NCBI GenBank assembly: GCA_963737655.1
Contig: CAVTTN010000002.1
Span: 544,001-608,000, forward strand
Origin: an uncultured Planctomycetota bacterium
Lineage (GTDB): Bacteria > Planctomycetota > Planctomycetia > Isosphaerales > Isosphaeraceae
Direction of reading: 5' to 3'
DNA: 64,000 nt
The notes beneath the pieces were generated by a model, which ran no database searches, was not told where the DNA came from, and saw nothing but the letters and a program-made list of their open reading frames with translations. This document shows, one piece after another, positions 38,345-47,626 of this stretch (within the stretch, counting starts at the first letter, position 1; every line of letters starts with the position of its first letter). Made by a program: the position numbers and the translations under genes.

Positions 38345-39523
38345 TTAGGTCGATTTCTGGTCGGGATCGGGGGGGATTTCTCCGGGTTCCAAATCGGAAG
38401 CGTTCGCTTCCGGTTCCAAAGCCGACTCCTCATCGAACAGCATCCGCTGTCCGGCCTGCTTCTGGGGGAGATAGACAGTAAAATGAACCGGCAAGCGGCC
38501 GTATTTCTCGGCCATCCTGTCCTGGAGTTGGCGGATGGATTTACAACAAGAGCACATGCCAACAACCATCCAAATGTGCTCGACCAGTTTCCTCAGACCA
38601 TATTGATCGTTCAACCATTGGTGATAGTTCTGGCCTTTCTGTGGCTTCGGCGCGTTCTTGCGCAGCCATTCCGCAACATCTCGGTCCAAATACCCATAAA
38701 TCAACTCCATCACGAGCTTGCCCCAATATTTCGGCCGGGAGTGGATGCCTCCCTTCCAGTTGGTGAGCCTGGCGAACTCGACCCACAGAGCTTCAGGAAA
38801 CGTCCGCTCCCACTTCCGCATCTCGTCCGCGAGATACATCTTGAGCTTGAATTGCAGGGCGTCGCTGGCCCTCTCGTACTGGTAGCCCGTCGCCTCGTCG
38901 ATGAGCGCTTCCAGCCCTACCTTAGCGCAGGCCGCAAGGAAGGCGCCCGCCTTGTTCGCCATCTCAAGTTGGTTCGGAGTGGTGAGGGCGCTCTCCGCCA
39001 AGGCCCGGACATAGGCCCGGCAAATGTCGATGAACGTAGTGGCTTCCAGGCCCTTTACCGACTTGTTGACGATGTGCGAGAGCGTGAATTCGACCATTCG
39101 ATCCGGCAGATCGGCCGGGATGTATTTGGAGATCGCCGCCGCCCGGAGATATTGCTCAAGCTGCCCTCCGCCTTGCGGGCCGGCGAGGTATAGAGTCGCG
39201 GCGGTGCGGCTGATGACTCGCCGGCCATCGCTCAAGACGAAGCATTGAATCGCGGTGTCGCCGATTTCGAGCACGCCGGGCCACTTGGCCCACGGCAAGG
39301 ACGGTACGATCTCGGCATCGACGCTCTCCGGGACCGGGAGGAAGTCGGTCGGCGAGAGGTTGATCGCGTTGGCTTGAGCCAGCTCAAGCAGCTTCTCGTG
39401 CCACTTGGCGGGGATCGCGCCAGCCTTGGTCCAGTACTGGACGGTGCTAGGGCCCTTGCCGATCAGTTTCGCGAGGGGCGTGAGGCCCCCGAATCTCTGG
39501 ACGATGATCTCGGCAGAGTTCAT
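38345..39523 (-). CDS. P63C domain protein with N-terminal Cro-like HTH (IS passenger)
   Basis: GGLTPLAKLIGKGPSTVQYW; CFVLSDGRRVIS, GLEALIDEATGYQYER, WERTFP, YHQWL. Confidence 0.88.
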   Translation of the reverse strand: MNSAEIIVQRFGGLTPLAKLIGKGPSTVQYWTKAGAIPAKWHEKLLELAQANAINLSPTDFLPVPESVDAEIVPSLPWAKWPGVLEIGDTAIQCFVLSDGRRVISRTAATLYLAGPQGGGQLEQYLRAAAISKYIPADLPDRMVEFTLSHIVNKSVKGLEATTFIDICRAYVRALAESALTTPNQLEMANKAGAFLAACAKVGLEALIDEATGYQYERASDALQFKLKMYLADEMRKWERTFPEALWVEFARLTNWKGGIHSRPKYWGKLVMELIYGYLDRDVAEWLRKNAPKPQKGQNYHQWLNDQYGLRKLVEHIWMVVGMCSCCKSIRQLQDRMAEKYGRLPVHFTVYLPQKQAGQRMLFDEESALEPEANASDLEPGEIPPDPDQKST

Positions 39524-39627
39524 GGCAACACCAGCCTTCCTGGAAAGAGGATGCTGGAATGCTACCAGGGAATCTGGCGAAGTCTACCAAAAAAACTGTA
39601 AACGAAAAACTGTATTTTTGTAGTCCG

Positions 39628-39930
39628 CTATTCCTTTGCCCGCTCCCAGCGTTTTGCCGCCGCCTTCCTGGCGATCTCAGCCCGCCGCTCGGGCGTCATG
39701 GACGCCGCCCGAGCCTTACCGCCTTTGAGGCCGCCCCGCTTTCCCAGGGCCCGCGCCGCCTCGCGGATCGGGTCAGGGACCGGCTCGGCTTCGGCCGGGG
39801 CTTCGGCCGGGGCTTCGGCCGGGGCTTCGGCGGGCGGTGGCGCCTCGTCGGCCGTCGCCTGATCGACGATGGCCTTGGCCAGTTGGTTGATATCGCGGGG
39901 CCGCTTGGGCTTGCTTGAGTGGTTAGGCAT
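39628..39930 (-). CDS. small basic protein (IS-associated)
   Basis: KRPRDINQLAKAIVD, LGKRGGLKGGKARA..MTPERRAEIARKAAAKRW. Confidence 0.8.
   Translation of the reverse strand: MPNHSSKPKRPRDINQLAKAIVDQATADEAPPPAEAPAEAPAEAPAEAEPVPDPIREAARALGKRGGLKGGKARAASMTPERRAEIARKAAAKRWERAKE
39787..39831. repeat. 12-bp tandem repeat (3.75 copies) encoding PAEA
   Basis: GGCTTCGGCCGG x3 plus GGCTTCGGC. Confidence 0.85.
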
Positions 39931-40652
39931 ACCCCAAGTATCGCACCCCGGCCCGATCCGGTGAAGCTGAACAGAAATTTCCGCCCACTTCAAACTGAGA
40001 CACTACCAAGCCAAGAGAACTGGACCGCTTCGAGCGTGAGAGCGGCTTCATGCTCCCCGACGACTACCGGGAATACGCACGCACTTTCGGCCCCGGTACG
40101 CTCGGCAAGGGATGGCAGATTTCCACCCCCGGCTTTGCCGACGCCGACGACGAGGACGTCGATCTCGCCCGGTTCAACCATCGGTTCTCCGACCGGAGAT
40201 ACGTCCGCTTCTGCGGCAAGGAGGACTTCCACGGGTGGTTCGCATGGGACCCCGAGGACGTCGCCGACGCCGTGCGGCATCACTACGGCATCTATCTCCT
40301 GGGCGGTCCTCAGGGCGAAGACCCCAATGCCCCGCCGATCAAGGTCGCCCCGTCCTTCTATGAATTCATCATGGCCTATGCCTTGGGGGGCGGCTTCGAG
40401 CGTCAACAAGGAGATGGCGGTACGGGCGAGGCCGATGGCCCCGTCTTGCCCGAGATCGTGGGATTCTCCCAGGTCATCTCATGAATGGCCGGGTCAAAAC
40501 GATGAGGCGGCTGGGGCGGGCACGCCCCATCTCATGAAATCACCGTGGTGGAGGGATCGATGCCGGACGGGGCGAGGTTGGACCGTCGGGAGCGTGCGAC
40601 GGTCATCGGGTGTGACCCGCTGAAACGATGATCTCGTCTCAGGATCGCTGCG

Positions 40653-41243
40653 ATGGCCGTCTGGGACGACCTTGAGAAGCGAGTCATGGTGGATCAAGTT
40701 GATGCGATGGGCGGTTGCGTGGTCCTGAAGCCCTAGCCCGAGGACCTGGACCGCTTCGAGCGTGAGAGCGGGTTCAAGCTCCCCGGCAGCTATCGGGAGT
40801 TCGCAATGACTTTCGGGCCGGGTTATCTCGAACCCGGCTTCTGTTTCAATTCCCCCGGCTTCCCGAGCGATCGATCCGTCGATCTCACCGCAAGGAACCT
40901 CCTCTCGCAGGCGAGGGAGCCCGGAGGACCTATCGGTGGTTTCTCCCGCTTCTGCCACAGCGATGACTTCCACGGATCTTGGGCCTGGAACTCCGAGGAC
41001 GTCACCGACCCCGCCCGGCATGAATACGGGATCTATCAGACCCACCCGGAAGTTGTGCCCTTCGGATCGGGGAGGGTAGGCCGGAGGAGACCTCCGGTCA
41101 AGGTCGCCTCGACCTTCCGTGAATTCGTCCTGGATTATGCGCTGGCCGACGACCTCGGGGGTCGAGGCGGGGCGTCCGGGGCGAACGATCTCGATGAGTC
41201 CGGCAAGCCCGGATTGATCCCCTTCCGGCAGACTCGATTTTGA
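40653..41243 (+). pseudogene. second SMI1/KNR4 (SUKH) paralog with in-frame TAG
   Basis: MAVWDDLEKRV...LKP*PEDLDRFERESGFKLPGSYREFAMTFGPG; TAG at 40734-40736. Confidence 0.75.
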
Positions 41244-41481
41244 CATTCTCGATCCAATACGCCTCCAGCCAGGCGAACTCCGCTTCCAATGCCTCGCTCC
41301 TTCGGTCGAAGGGGCCGAGCACCGGCCCCCCGACGGGCGACAGGTCGGCCAGCCAGCGACCCTGATCGTCCGGCTCGACGTGGCTGGCCCTGGTGATTGC
41401 GGGCGTACCGAGGGTGGCGAGGTCGATGACCTCGCCGTAGATCCCCCGGACCTGACCGTCCTTATCGATGACAAGATTCAT
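41098..41481 (-). CDS. small conserved hypothetical protein (3' end runs into the opposing gene)
   Basis: RASHVEP, WLADLSPVGGPVLGPF..RSEAL.AE..WL; ATGA-coupled. Confidence 0.7.
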   Translation of the reverse strand: MNLVIDKDGQVRGIYGEVIDLATLGTPAITRASHVEPDDQGRWLADLSPVGGPVLGPFDRRSEALEAEFAWLEAYWIENVKIESAGRGSIRACRTHRDRSPRTPRLDPRGRRPAHNPGRIHGRSRRP

Positions 41482-42452
41482 GACGCTTCTCCCCGATTCA
41501 TGTTGGGCCGGATGATCTTCCGCCTGGGCCGCTCGACCATCAGGCCGTCGAGAGCCGACTGGACCCCCGATAACTGAGTAGCAACACGTTGTCGAAGGTC
41601 GCCGCTGGACCGGAGATCCTTGGCACCGACGCCTCGCACCGCTTGCTGTGCCTGGGCGACGAGGGCGTCGAGTTGATCATTGGACCCGACGTTCAACGAC
41701 TTGAACCGCTCGAAGAACTCACTCAGGTTGACGACCGCCGAGTCCCGGAAAACCTTCTTCTCGCCACCGTCACCGACCCCGCTGAGCCGCTCTGTCAGGT
41801 GGCCGACCAGCTTCGAGAACTCGTCCAGGAATGCTTGCTCGGCAAGCTGGACGGCCTCGTCGAACCGGGCGGCGACATGGGCACGCTCGGCTTCGTAGAG
41901 GGCCGGGTTAAGGTCACGGAGGTAGTCAGGCGGCTCGACGCTCGGGAAGTCCCAACTGACGTCGAACAGGCCGATTAGCGTCTCGGGGTAATCACCGGAG
42001 TTGAAGAGACGCCCCAGGCGTTCGGCGGCAGCTACCTTGAGGTCCCCATAGTGGCGATCGAGGTTGGCGACGGCCTCGGCAAGCTCGCCCCTGTATTCCT
42101 CCATGAGCGAGATAAACTCGTCGAGCTTGTCCCGCCGTATCAGCCGGACGCCCGGCTCGGGGAACGGCAGGCTCATGTCCTTCCACACCGAGGCGATCTT
42201 CGTCTTGATCGACGTCACCGCCTTGAAGGCCGGGTGGCTCGTGTCGAGGAGCTTCTTGCCAGCCGACAGGTAGCCGCCTTCGGCGTCGAACGGCTGTGCG
42301 GCCTCGGCACGCTGCTCCGTGGTCAGCGACTTCCTGGTGCCCAGCCAGGTGAAGCTCACACGAACCGCCGCCATACTTGCCTGGAGGGTCAGGGCGGGCG
42401 TCTGGTCGTTTGTTGCGGTCCTGGGTGCGTCGAGCACGGCTGCGTTCATCAT
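41478..42452 (-). CDS. DUF3150-like coiled-coil protein
   Basis: helical protein, KKLLD, SLPFPEPGVRL, DYP; SD AAGGAG. Confidence 0.65.
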   Translation of the reverse strand: MMNAAVLDAPRTATNDQTPALTLQASMAAVRVSFTWLGTRKSLTTEQRAEAAQPFDAEGGYLSAGKKLLDTSHPAFKAVTSIKTKIASVWKDMSLPFPEPGVRLIRRDKLDEFISLMEEYRGELAEAVANLDRHYGDLKVAAAERLGRLFNSGDYPETLIGLFDVSWDFPSVEPPDYLRDLNPALYEAERAHVAARFDEAVQLAEQAFLDEFSKLVGHLTERLSGVGDGGEKKVFRDSAVVNLSEFFERFKSLNVGSNDQLDALVAQAQQAVRGVGAKDLRSSGDLRQRVATQLSGVQSALDGLMVERPRRKIIRPNMNRGEAS

Positions 42453-42538
42453 GATCTCCTTCTCGTTCGTCCACTCGTCGGCCTCGTGTAGCCCCCAGGG
42501 TGGAGGCAGGAAAGCCCTCAGTGGCTTTCCCCCGCATC

Positions 42539-44032
42539 TCAATTCACGCTGGGGTCACGGCTGATGTTGCGACCCGGCGAACTCGTCCCACCCTGGTTCC
42601 TGGTGTAGATGCCGGGGCGGTCCGCAGACAGGCACCTTCCGCTGGCCCAGTTCCGCAACCGCTCCACCGACTCGGCAGCCGTCACGGCAACGGGGACGAC
42701 GTTCATTGCCGCCTCCACCAAGGACACGTCCAGTAAGGCAGTCAGGCGGCAGCAGGACTTGATCTCGGCACCGGTCCAGTCACGGTCGATGGGTCTGGGC
42801 TGGTTCGGGTTCAAGCCGTACTTGGCGATGTACATGGCCCAGATGACGTCCTTCTCCGATTGCCCCGGCAGATCCAGGAAGAACGTCCCGTCCCACCGCT
42901 CGGCCCTGCTGAACTCCGGGGGGAGCTTGCTGACGTCATTCGAGGTTGCGACCACGAAGACGTCGCTCTCGTGATCCGAGAGCCACGACAACATCGTCCC
43001 GAACATCCTGGCAGAGACGCCGCTGTCGGTCTGCCCGCTCGACTGGACCCCGGCGAGGGCCTTCTCGATCTCATCGATGAAGAGGACCGAAGGAGCCATT
43101 GCGTCCACGACCTTGAGCGCATGGCGGGTCCGCTCTTCCGTCTGGCCCACGAGCGAACCCATCAGCGACCCGACGTCGAGGACCAGTGTAGGTCTCCCCG
43201 TCTCGTTCCCGAGGGCCTTTGCAAACGCCGACTTCCCGGTGCCTGGCACGCCGAGGAGCAAGACGCCCTTGGCCTGTACCCTGGCCCCCTTGCGGCTGCC
43301 CAGGGCCTTCATGGTGAACCCCTTCAAGCCGTCGAGACCACCCAGGTCGCTGAAGGTCTCCCCGCCTCGGTGGAGACTCAGCAGCCCTCTCTTCTTGAGC
43401 ATGCCGGTCTTCAACTCCCACAACGTCTCGGGCACGACCTTGCCGTGGCGTACCAAAGACAGGCTGAAGGCGTTCTCGACCTCCATCCGGGTCAGGCCCG
43501 AAGCAGAATCCAGGATCATGCCCAAGTCGTCGCCCTCGGGAAGGTCTCCGGGTTCGGTGGCGATCGAACGGGCGATCCGCTCGATCTGGTCACGGCCTGG
43601 AAGGTCATGCTCGACGACCACGAACTGCCGCTCCAGTTCAATCGGGATCTGGACGACCGGCGAGAGGATCACGATGAACGTACGGTCCTGCTTGCCCTTG
43701 CAAATGGCCGAATCGAGAGCCTGGACAATTTCAGCAGAGCCCAGGAAACGGTGAAAGTTCCTCAGGATCAGGATCGCTGTGCCATCGACTGTCGTCAGAG
43801 CATTCAGGGCCTTGACCGCCGAGAGAGGATCGGCGGCAGCCACGGCGACCGATTCCGACTCGTTGCCGCTCAGGGCGAGGCCCCGGTCGATGTCCCAGTT
43901 AGCCAACGCCCACTTGTTCTGCTTGGCAAGCTGGGCGATCTCTTGGACGGCCTCGTCATGCTCGTGGGACTGGACCCAGATCCCCGAGAAGGCGGCACGG
44001 ACGAGTTCTGACAAACGCTCGGTGAGCGTCAT
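42539..44032 (-). CDS. AAA+ ATPase (Ycf46-like)
   Basis: DLGGLDGLK, GVPGTGKS, LFIDEIEK, ATSND..LPPEFSR..RWD. Confidence 0.9.
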   Translation of the reverse strand: MTLTERLSELVRAAFSGIWVQSHEHDEAVQEIAQLAKQNKWALANWDIDRGLALSGNESESVAVAAADPLSAVKALNALTTVDGTAILILRNFHRFLGSAEIVQALDSAICKGKQDRTFIVILSPVVQIPIELERQFVVVEHDLPGRDQIERIARSIATEPGDLPEGDDLGMILDSASGLTRMEVENAFSLSLVRHGKVVPETLWELKTGMLKKRGLLSLHRGGETFSDLGGLDGLKGFTMKALGSRKGARVQAKGVLLLGVPGTGKSAFAKALGNETGRPTLVLDVGSLMGSLVGQTEERTRHALKVVDAMAPSVLFIDEIEKALAGVQSSGQTDSGVSARMFGTMLSWLSDHESDVFVVATSNDVSKLPPEFSRAERWDGTFFLDLPGQSEKDVIWAMYIAKYGLNPNQPRPIDRDWTGAEIKSCCRLTALLDVSLVEAAMNVVPVAVTAAESVERLRNWASGRCLSADRPGIYTRNQGGTSSPGRNISRDPSVN

Positions 44033-44109
44033 GGACTGACTCCTTTGACTCAGTTGTGGTTCGAAGAGGGAGATGACCGTGAGCAACATCGCCCACGGCC
44101 TCGGAGGTG

Positions 44110-44304
44110 TCAGCTTGACTGCCGAACGTCCTGACCGGCTTGCTGGCCCTGGTGGAACTCGGCGGTCAGTTGCTCTGCCGTCCGTTGGCCGAGGGCCTGT
44201 TCATAAAACCTGCTGGCGTCCTTGCACTCGCCCCCGGTGAAGCCCTTGGTCTGGACGGTCGTCTCGCCCTTGGGGCCGACGGTGATCTCGATGGTCTTGT
44301 TCAA
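44110..44304 (-). CDS. DUF2997 domain protein
   Basis: IEITV..GET.V...GF.G..C..AS...E.ALG...TAEF. Confidence 0.85.
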   Translation of the reverse strand: MNKTIEITVGPKGETTVQTKGFTGGECKDASRFYEQALGQRTAEQLTAEFHQGQQAGQDVRQSS

Positions 44305-44669
44305 GAGGCACCCCCGACCGTGATGGTCAACTTGACGCTGCCGTCGGGAAGGGGCCGTTCGTAGACGGAGTGGCCCTTCTTCCGGGCCTCTAGCTTGGCC
44401 TTTTCGATGGCGTACGCTTGGAGGAAGGCGTCGAGGTGCTTGGGGTCTCCCCAGGACCCCTGGTAGTTGTCGAACTGGACCTGGCCGGTCTTGGTGCTCA
44501 CGACGGCGGGGTAAAGCCAGCCGGGCAGCTTGACGAGCAGGCCGGTCGCCTCGCCCTCGAACAAGCGGGCGGTGCCCTGGCCTGGCTCGGGGAGGCCAAG
44601 GCGACGGCAGGCTGCACGAAGAGCCTCAGCGTCCCGGACCTCGGTTTTAATCGTGACGACGTGAGACAA
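44301..44669 (-). CDS. DUF1257 domain protein
   Basis: MSHVVTIKT..RD...L..AC, LQAYAIEK, DGSVKL. Confidence 0.85.
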   Translation of the reverse strand: MSHVVTIKTEVRDAEALRAACRRLGLPEPGQGTARLFEGEATGLLVKLPGWLYPAVVSTKTGQVQFDNYQGSWGDPKHLDAFLQAYAIEKAKLEARKKGHSVYERPLPDGSVKLTITVGGAS

Positions 44670-44821
44670 GCTCGTCCTCCTGGATGGTTGCGGTTGGTTG
44701 CAACCCCCAGGGTCGTCGGAGTAAAGCCCCCATCAAAAGACTTGCATTTTGGAAGGCTATTTGACTTCCGCACCATAAGAACTAACTCTCTAGGAGACAT
44801 TTCGTCATCGAGGAAGAAGAC

Positions 44822-45302
44822 CATGACAGCGACGATCACACACGCCCGACCTCATTGCGTCGAGGGCGTCGAGCAAATCAATGAAGGCAGGAGCATCTGG
44901 GAGCCCGAGACCCCTGCGGCCTCCGGCGACTGGCGAGCCCCGTGCAGCGGCGTCGGGCCGGATTCGGAGGATAAGAGGGGGACCGAGAGGTACGTCGTCG
45001 ATCTCGGGGATGCGATGGGCAACTGGGAATGGGACTACCTGTGCGGTGTCCCTCTCATTGCCCACTTCGACGACTTCATGGAGGCCAAGGAGTATGTTGT
45101 CGAGAATCTCCAGGCCGTCATCACGAGCCTTGAAAACCTCGTCTCGGACGTCCAGGAGGCGGGCTCGTTCGAGACCCTGGACCTCTACCGCTGCGACCTC
45201 ATCTCCAAGCACGGACACGGATGGCGTGGCGAGCCAGTTTGTAATGTTTATTGCAACTTTGATGCGATAGAAGACCACAGTACAAAAGGCAAACTGACAT
45301 GA
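44822..45302 (+). CDS. hypothetical protein
   Basis: 3' part of ORF 44418..45302, ATG 44822 after GAGGAAG. Confidence 0.55.
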
Positions 45303-45541
45303 AAGACTATCTTCAAGTTGCCTCCACGGGATTGGGATGGTTCGTGATCACCGTGAAGGATGATTTTGGTCAATTTGAGACTATCGGATCTCCCTGGAAC
45401 ACCCGTGAACAGGCTCGCCGATATCGCAATTTTGTCCGATGGCGAAACCGGACGAATCCGTCAGACAAAATGCTTCGTGAAACGTACGATCGGATGGTCG
45501 AAGGAGGCAGCATGGAGCAGGGTCATGAATTCGATCCCTGA
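45299..45541 (+). CDS. small hypothetical protein
   Basis: ATGA overlap with upstream ORF. Confidence 0.5.
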   Translation: MKDYLQVASTGLGWFVITVKDDFGQFETIGSPWNTREQARRYRNFVRWRNRTNPSDKMLRETYDRMVEGGSMEQGHEFDP

Positions 45542-45556
45542 TTTACGTCGGGCAGC

Positions 45557-46222
45557 ATGACGCGGGCATTCGAACCGAGGGAGGCTGTTCCCGATCTCGA
45601 CCACACGATCCGGCCAGGGATCATCGAGGCTCCCGCTGCATCGGGGCCATCGAGCACGTCACCAGCAGCGACCACTTCGGCCAGCCGGAATCCCACGGCG
45701 GCTCCTCCGACCCCCGACCGTCCGGTAGTCGAGTTGTTCGAGCCCCAGTCCTATCACATCATCATCCCGAGCAGCGACAATAAGCCTTGGCTGTCCCGGA
45801 GGGGGAAGAAGATCGACTTCGCCTGCCGGGATGCCGCCAACCGTCTGCTGGGCCAACTTGGTGAGAGGTTCGCCGTCGAGGTCGAGAAGCGGCGGTTGCT
45901 CTTCTACGAGCGGGACGACCTGGCGGCGAAGGTCGAGTGGGTCGCCATGACCTGCGGGGACGGGATAGGCTTCGACGTCCTCTCGTACGATGAGAAGGAC
46001 GAATCGGAACGGTGGATCGAGGTAAAAACGACCGGCATGGGCAAGCACTTCCCGTTCTACGTCACGGCCAACGAGGTCCGGTGCTCCGAAGACTGCCCCG
46101 AGCGATTTCGGCTCTACCGTGTGTTCAACTTCGCCAGGGACCCCAGGGTCTACGTCGTAGGCGGAGCGTTGTCTCGGGAGTGCCAGTTGGAGCCGGTTGT
46201 GTACCGGGCGTCGATCGGCTGA
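45557..46222 (+). pseudogene. DUF3883 (PD-(D/E)XK-like) protein, N-terminus degraded/truncated
   Basis: LGERFA...GDGIGFDVLSY...IEVKTT...FYVTANE...LYRVF; low-complexity upstream part. Confidence 0.75.
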
Positions 46223-46606
46223 TCAGAACGGCGTGAAAAATGATGGCTGGGGGTGTCCGGTCGGAGTCCGCAGATCGGCCTCCCGCCTCGGGGCCTTCAA
46301 GAGCCATGCGTAGCCGCCCGTCTCCTCCGTAACCTCGAAGCAGGCTGCCCGAGCGTGGGCCGGTTTGAGCGGCTCGCAGCCGACGATCTCGATCGTCCCC
46401 ACGATCACTCCCCTGGGGAGGGAGTCCACGTCGATCCCGTGCTCGGCGGCGATCCGGGCCTCGTCATCCGCATCGACCCGATTCTTCCCGGCGTAGATGT
46501 AGACCCGCTCGCACCGCTTAGCCGTCCGCATCGGGCGGGCCTCGACGGTCTTCTCGCCCCGCAGAATCAACTCGGCCCAGGGTTGTCGGATGCTGAGTGC
46601 TTTCAT
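46223..46606 (-). CDS. ASCH domain protein
   Basis: MKALSIRQPWAELILRGEKTVEAR, YIYAG, PRGVIVG. Confidence 0.9.
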   Translation of the reverse strand: MKALSIRQPWAELILRGEKTVEARPMRTAKRCERVYIYAGKNRVDADDEARIAAEHGIDVDSLPRGVIVGTIEIVGCEPLKPAHARAACFEVTEETGGYAWLLKAPRREADLRTPTGHPQPSFFTPF

Positions 46607-46677
46607 GAATTGAGCCCGTTCGTACTGGCTTGCGGCCTTGATGAGGACTGAATCCGAAGTAGTGACCTTCTCCCCGC

Positions 46678-47262
46678 TCATTCCTCAGCCATCCGGTCCT
46701 CCTGCATCTCGGCGGGAGGAGTCTCGGCGGGTCTGCCCTCACGAGTCTTTCGAGGGCGGGAGATCCCCAGCCGTTCGGCGATGAACTCGAACCCCGCCCC
46801 GTTCTTGTAGGGCTCGATCTCGGCGGCGAGATTGCGAAGCCCGACCTTCTGCCACGTCGAGGTCGCCCGATGGTGTTCCCGGATGAACTCCCTCGACAGG
46901 GTGAAGGACTCGGGCTCCTTCTCCCCGGCAGTCCCGTCGTTCTTGCCGAAAAACTTTCCGATGTTCAGGAAAGCCACGATCAAGAAGTCGAAGGCATCGA
47001 TGCTCGCCTCCTTGACGGGGAAACCCCTGTCGCAGTCGGTCGCATACCGGCTCTTGACCTGGACACGAACCTGCGGGAGTTCTTGTGGAGATGGACGATG
47101 GCGAGGATCGGGGTGAATACAGATGAGGTCGTACCCCTCGTTGTTGGGCGGGGCCTTATAGGCCAGGATGTTTCGCCTCATGAGATGGCCCATGACCAGA
47201 AACTCGGCCCCTGCGGATACGACGGGCAGTCGCAGGAATTCCGGTCTGTCGGAGGGGCTCAC
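46678..47262 (-). CDS. putative PD-(D/E)XK nuclease
   Basis: GAEFLV...L, GYDLI, RVQVKSR. Confidence 0.65.
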   Translation of the reverse strand: MSPSDRPEFLRLPVVSAGAEFLVMGHLMRRNILAYKAPPNNEGYDLICIHPDPRHRPSPQELPQVRVQVKSRYATDCDRGFPVKEASIDAFDFLIVAFLNIGKFFGKNDGTAGEKEPESFTLSREFIREHHRATSTWQKVGLRNLAAEIEPYKNGAGFEFIAERLGISRPRKTREGRPAETPPAEMQEDRMAEE

Positions 47263-47591
47263 TGTTGCCTCTTGAGTTCGGCGACTTTCCCCACCAAGAA
47301 GCCGATTTTGTCGCCGTCGAGTTCGGCGACCGGGCCGACCCCGTGGATGTTGCGGATCAGGTCCTCGGAGGCCCCGAGGAACGCATCGAAACCGGCCTGC
47401 CCATCGCACCGCCCCAGCATGTGGCCGTCGGGCGTGATCTGCATCTCGACCAGCCGGGGAGTGGTCCAGTCCTCGCCGAGCAGGCAGCCCAGGATCGCCT
47501 GGAAATGGGGACTGACTTCAACTGCCCGGAGTTTGCGGACGCAGTCCCGGCGGATCTCGTCGGGCTCACGGATCGGGGCCTCGCTCGTCAT
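47259..47591 (-). CDS. hypothetical protein
   Basis: co-oriented, GTGA-coupled to the next gene. Confidence 0.65.
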   Translation of the reverse strand: MTSEAPIREPDEIRRDCVRKLRAVEVSPHFQAILGCLLGEDWTTPRLVEMQITPDGHMLGRCDGQAGFDAFLGASEDLIRNIHGVGPVAELDGDKIGFLVGKVAELKRQQ

Positions 47592-47626
47592 GGTCGAATT
47601 TCCCTTCGCAGCCGGTTTCCATCACC

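Larger units (their letters stand above)
37348..40007 (-). mobile_element. IS1-family insertion sequence with passenger genes (2660 bp)
   Basis: perfect 19-bp IRs GGTAGTGTCTCAGTTTGAA (37348-37366 / 39989-40007); 8-bp direct repeat AAGCCAAG at 37340-37347 and 40008-40015. Confidence 0.93.
37268..40484 (+). pseudogene. SMI1/KNR4 (SUKH) family protein split by IS insertion
   Basis: removing the IS and one target copy restores MGTWDHLKKRLKVYYASDGVVKKPKPRELDRFERESGFMLPDDYREYARTFGPG. Confidence 0.8.

Noticed and set aside
39787..39831. CRISPR-like repeat
   Set aside because: Contiguous 12-bp coding tandem repeat with no spacers; no cas genes.
7322..40736. stop-codon reassignment or read-through explaining the in-frame TGA/TAG
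   Set aside because: TGA and TAG terminate many intact genes here, and only three sporadic cases occur, one in a gene that is also truncated.
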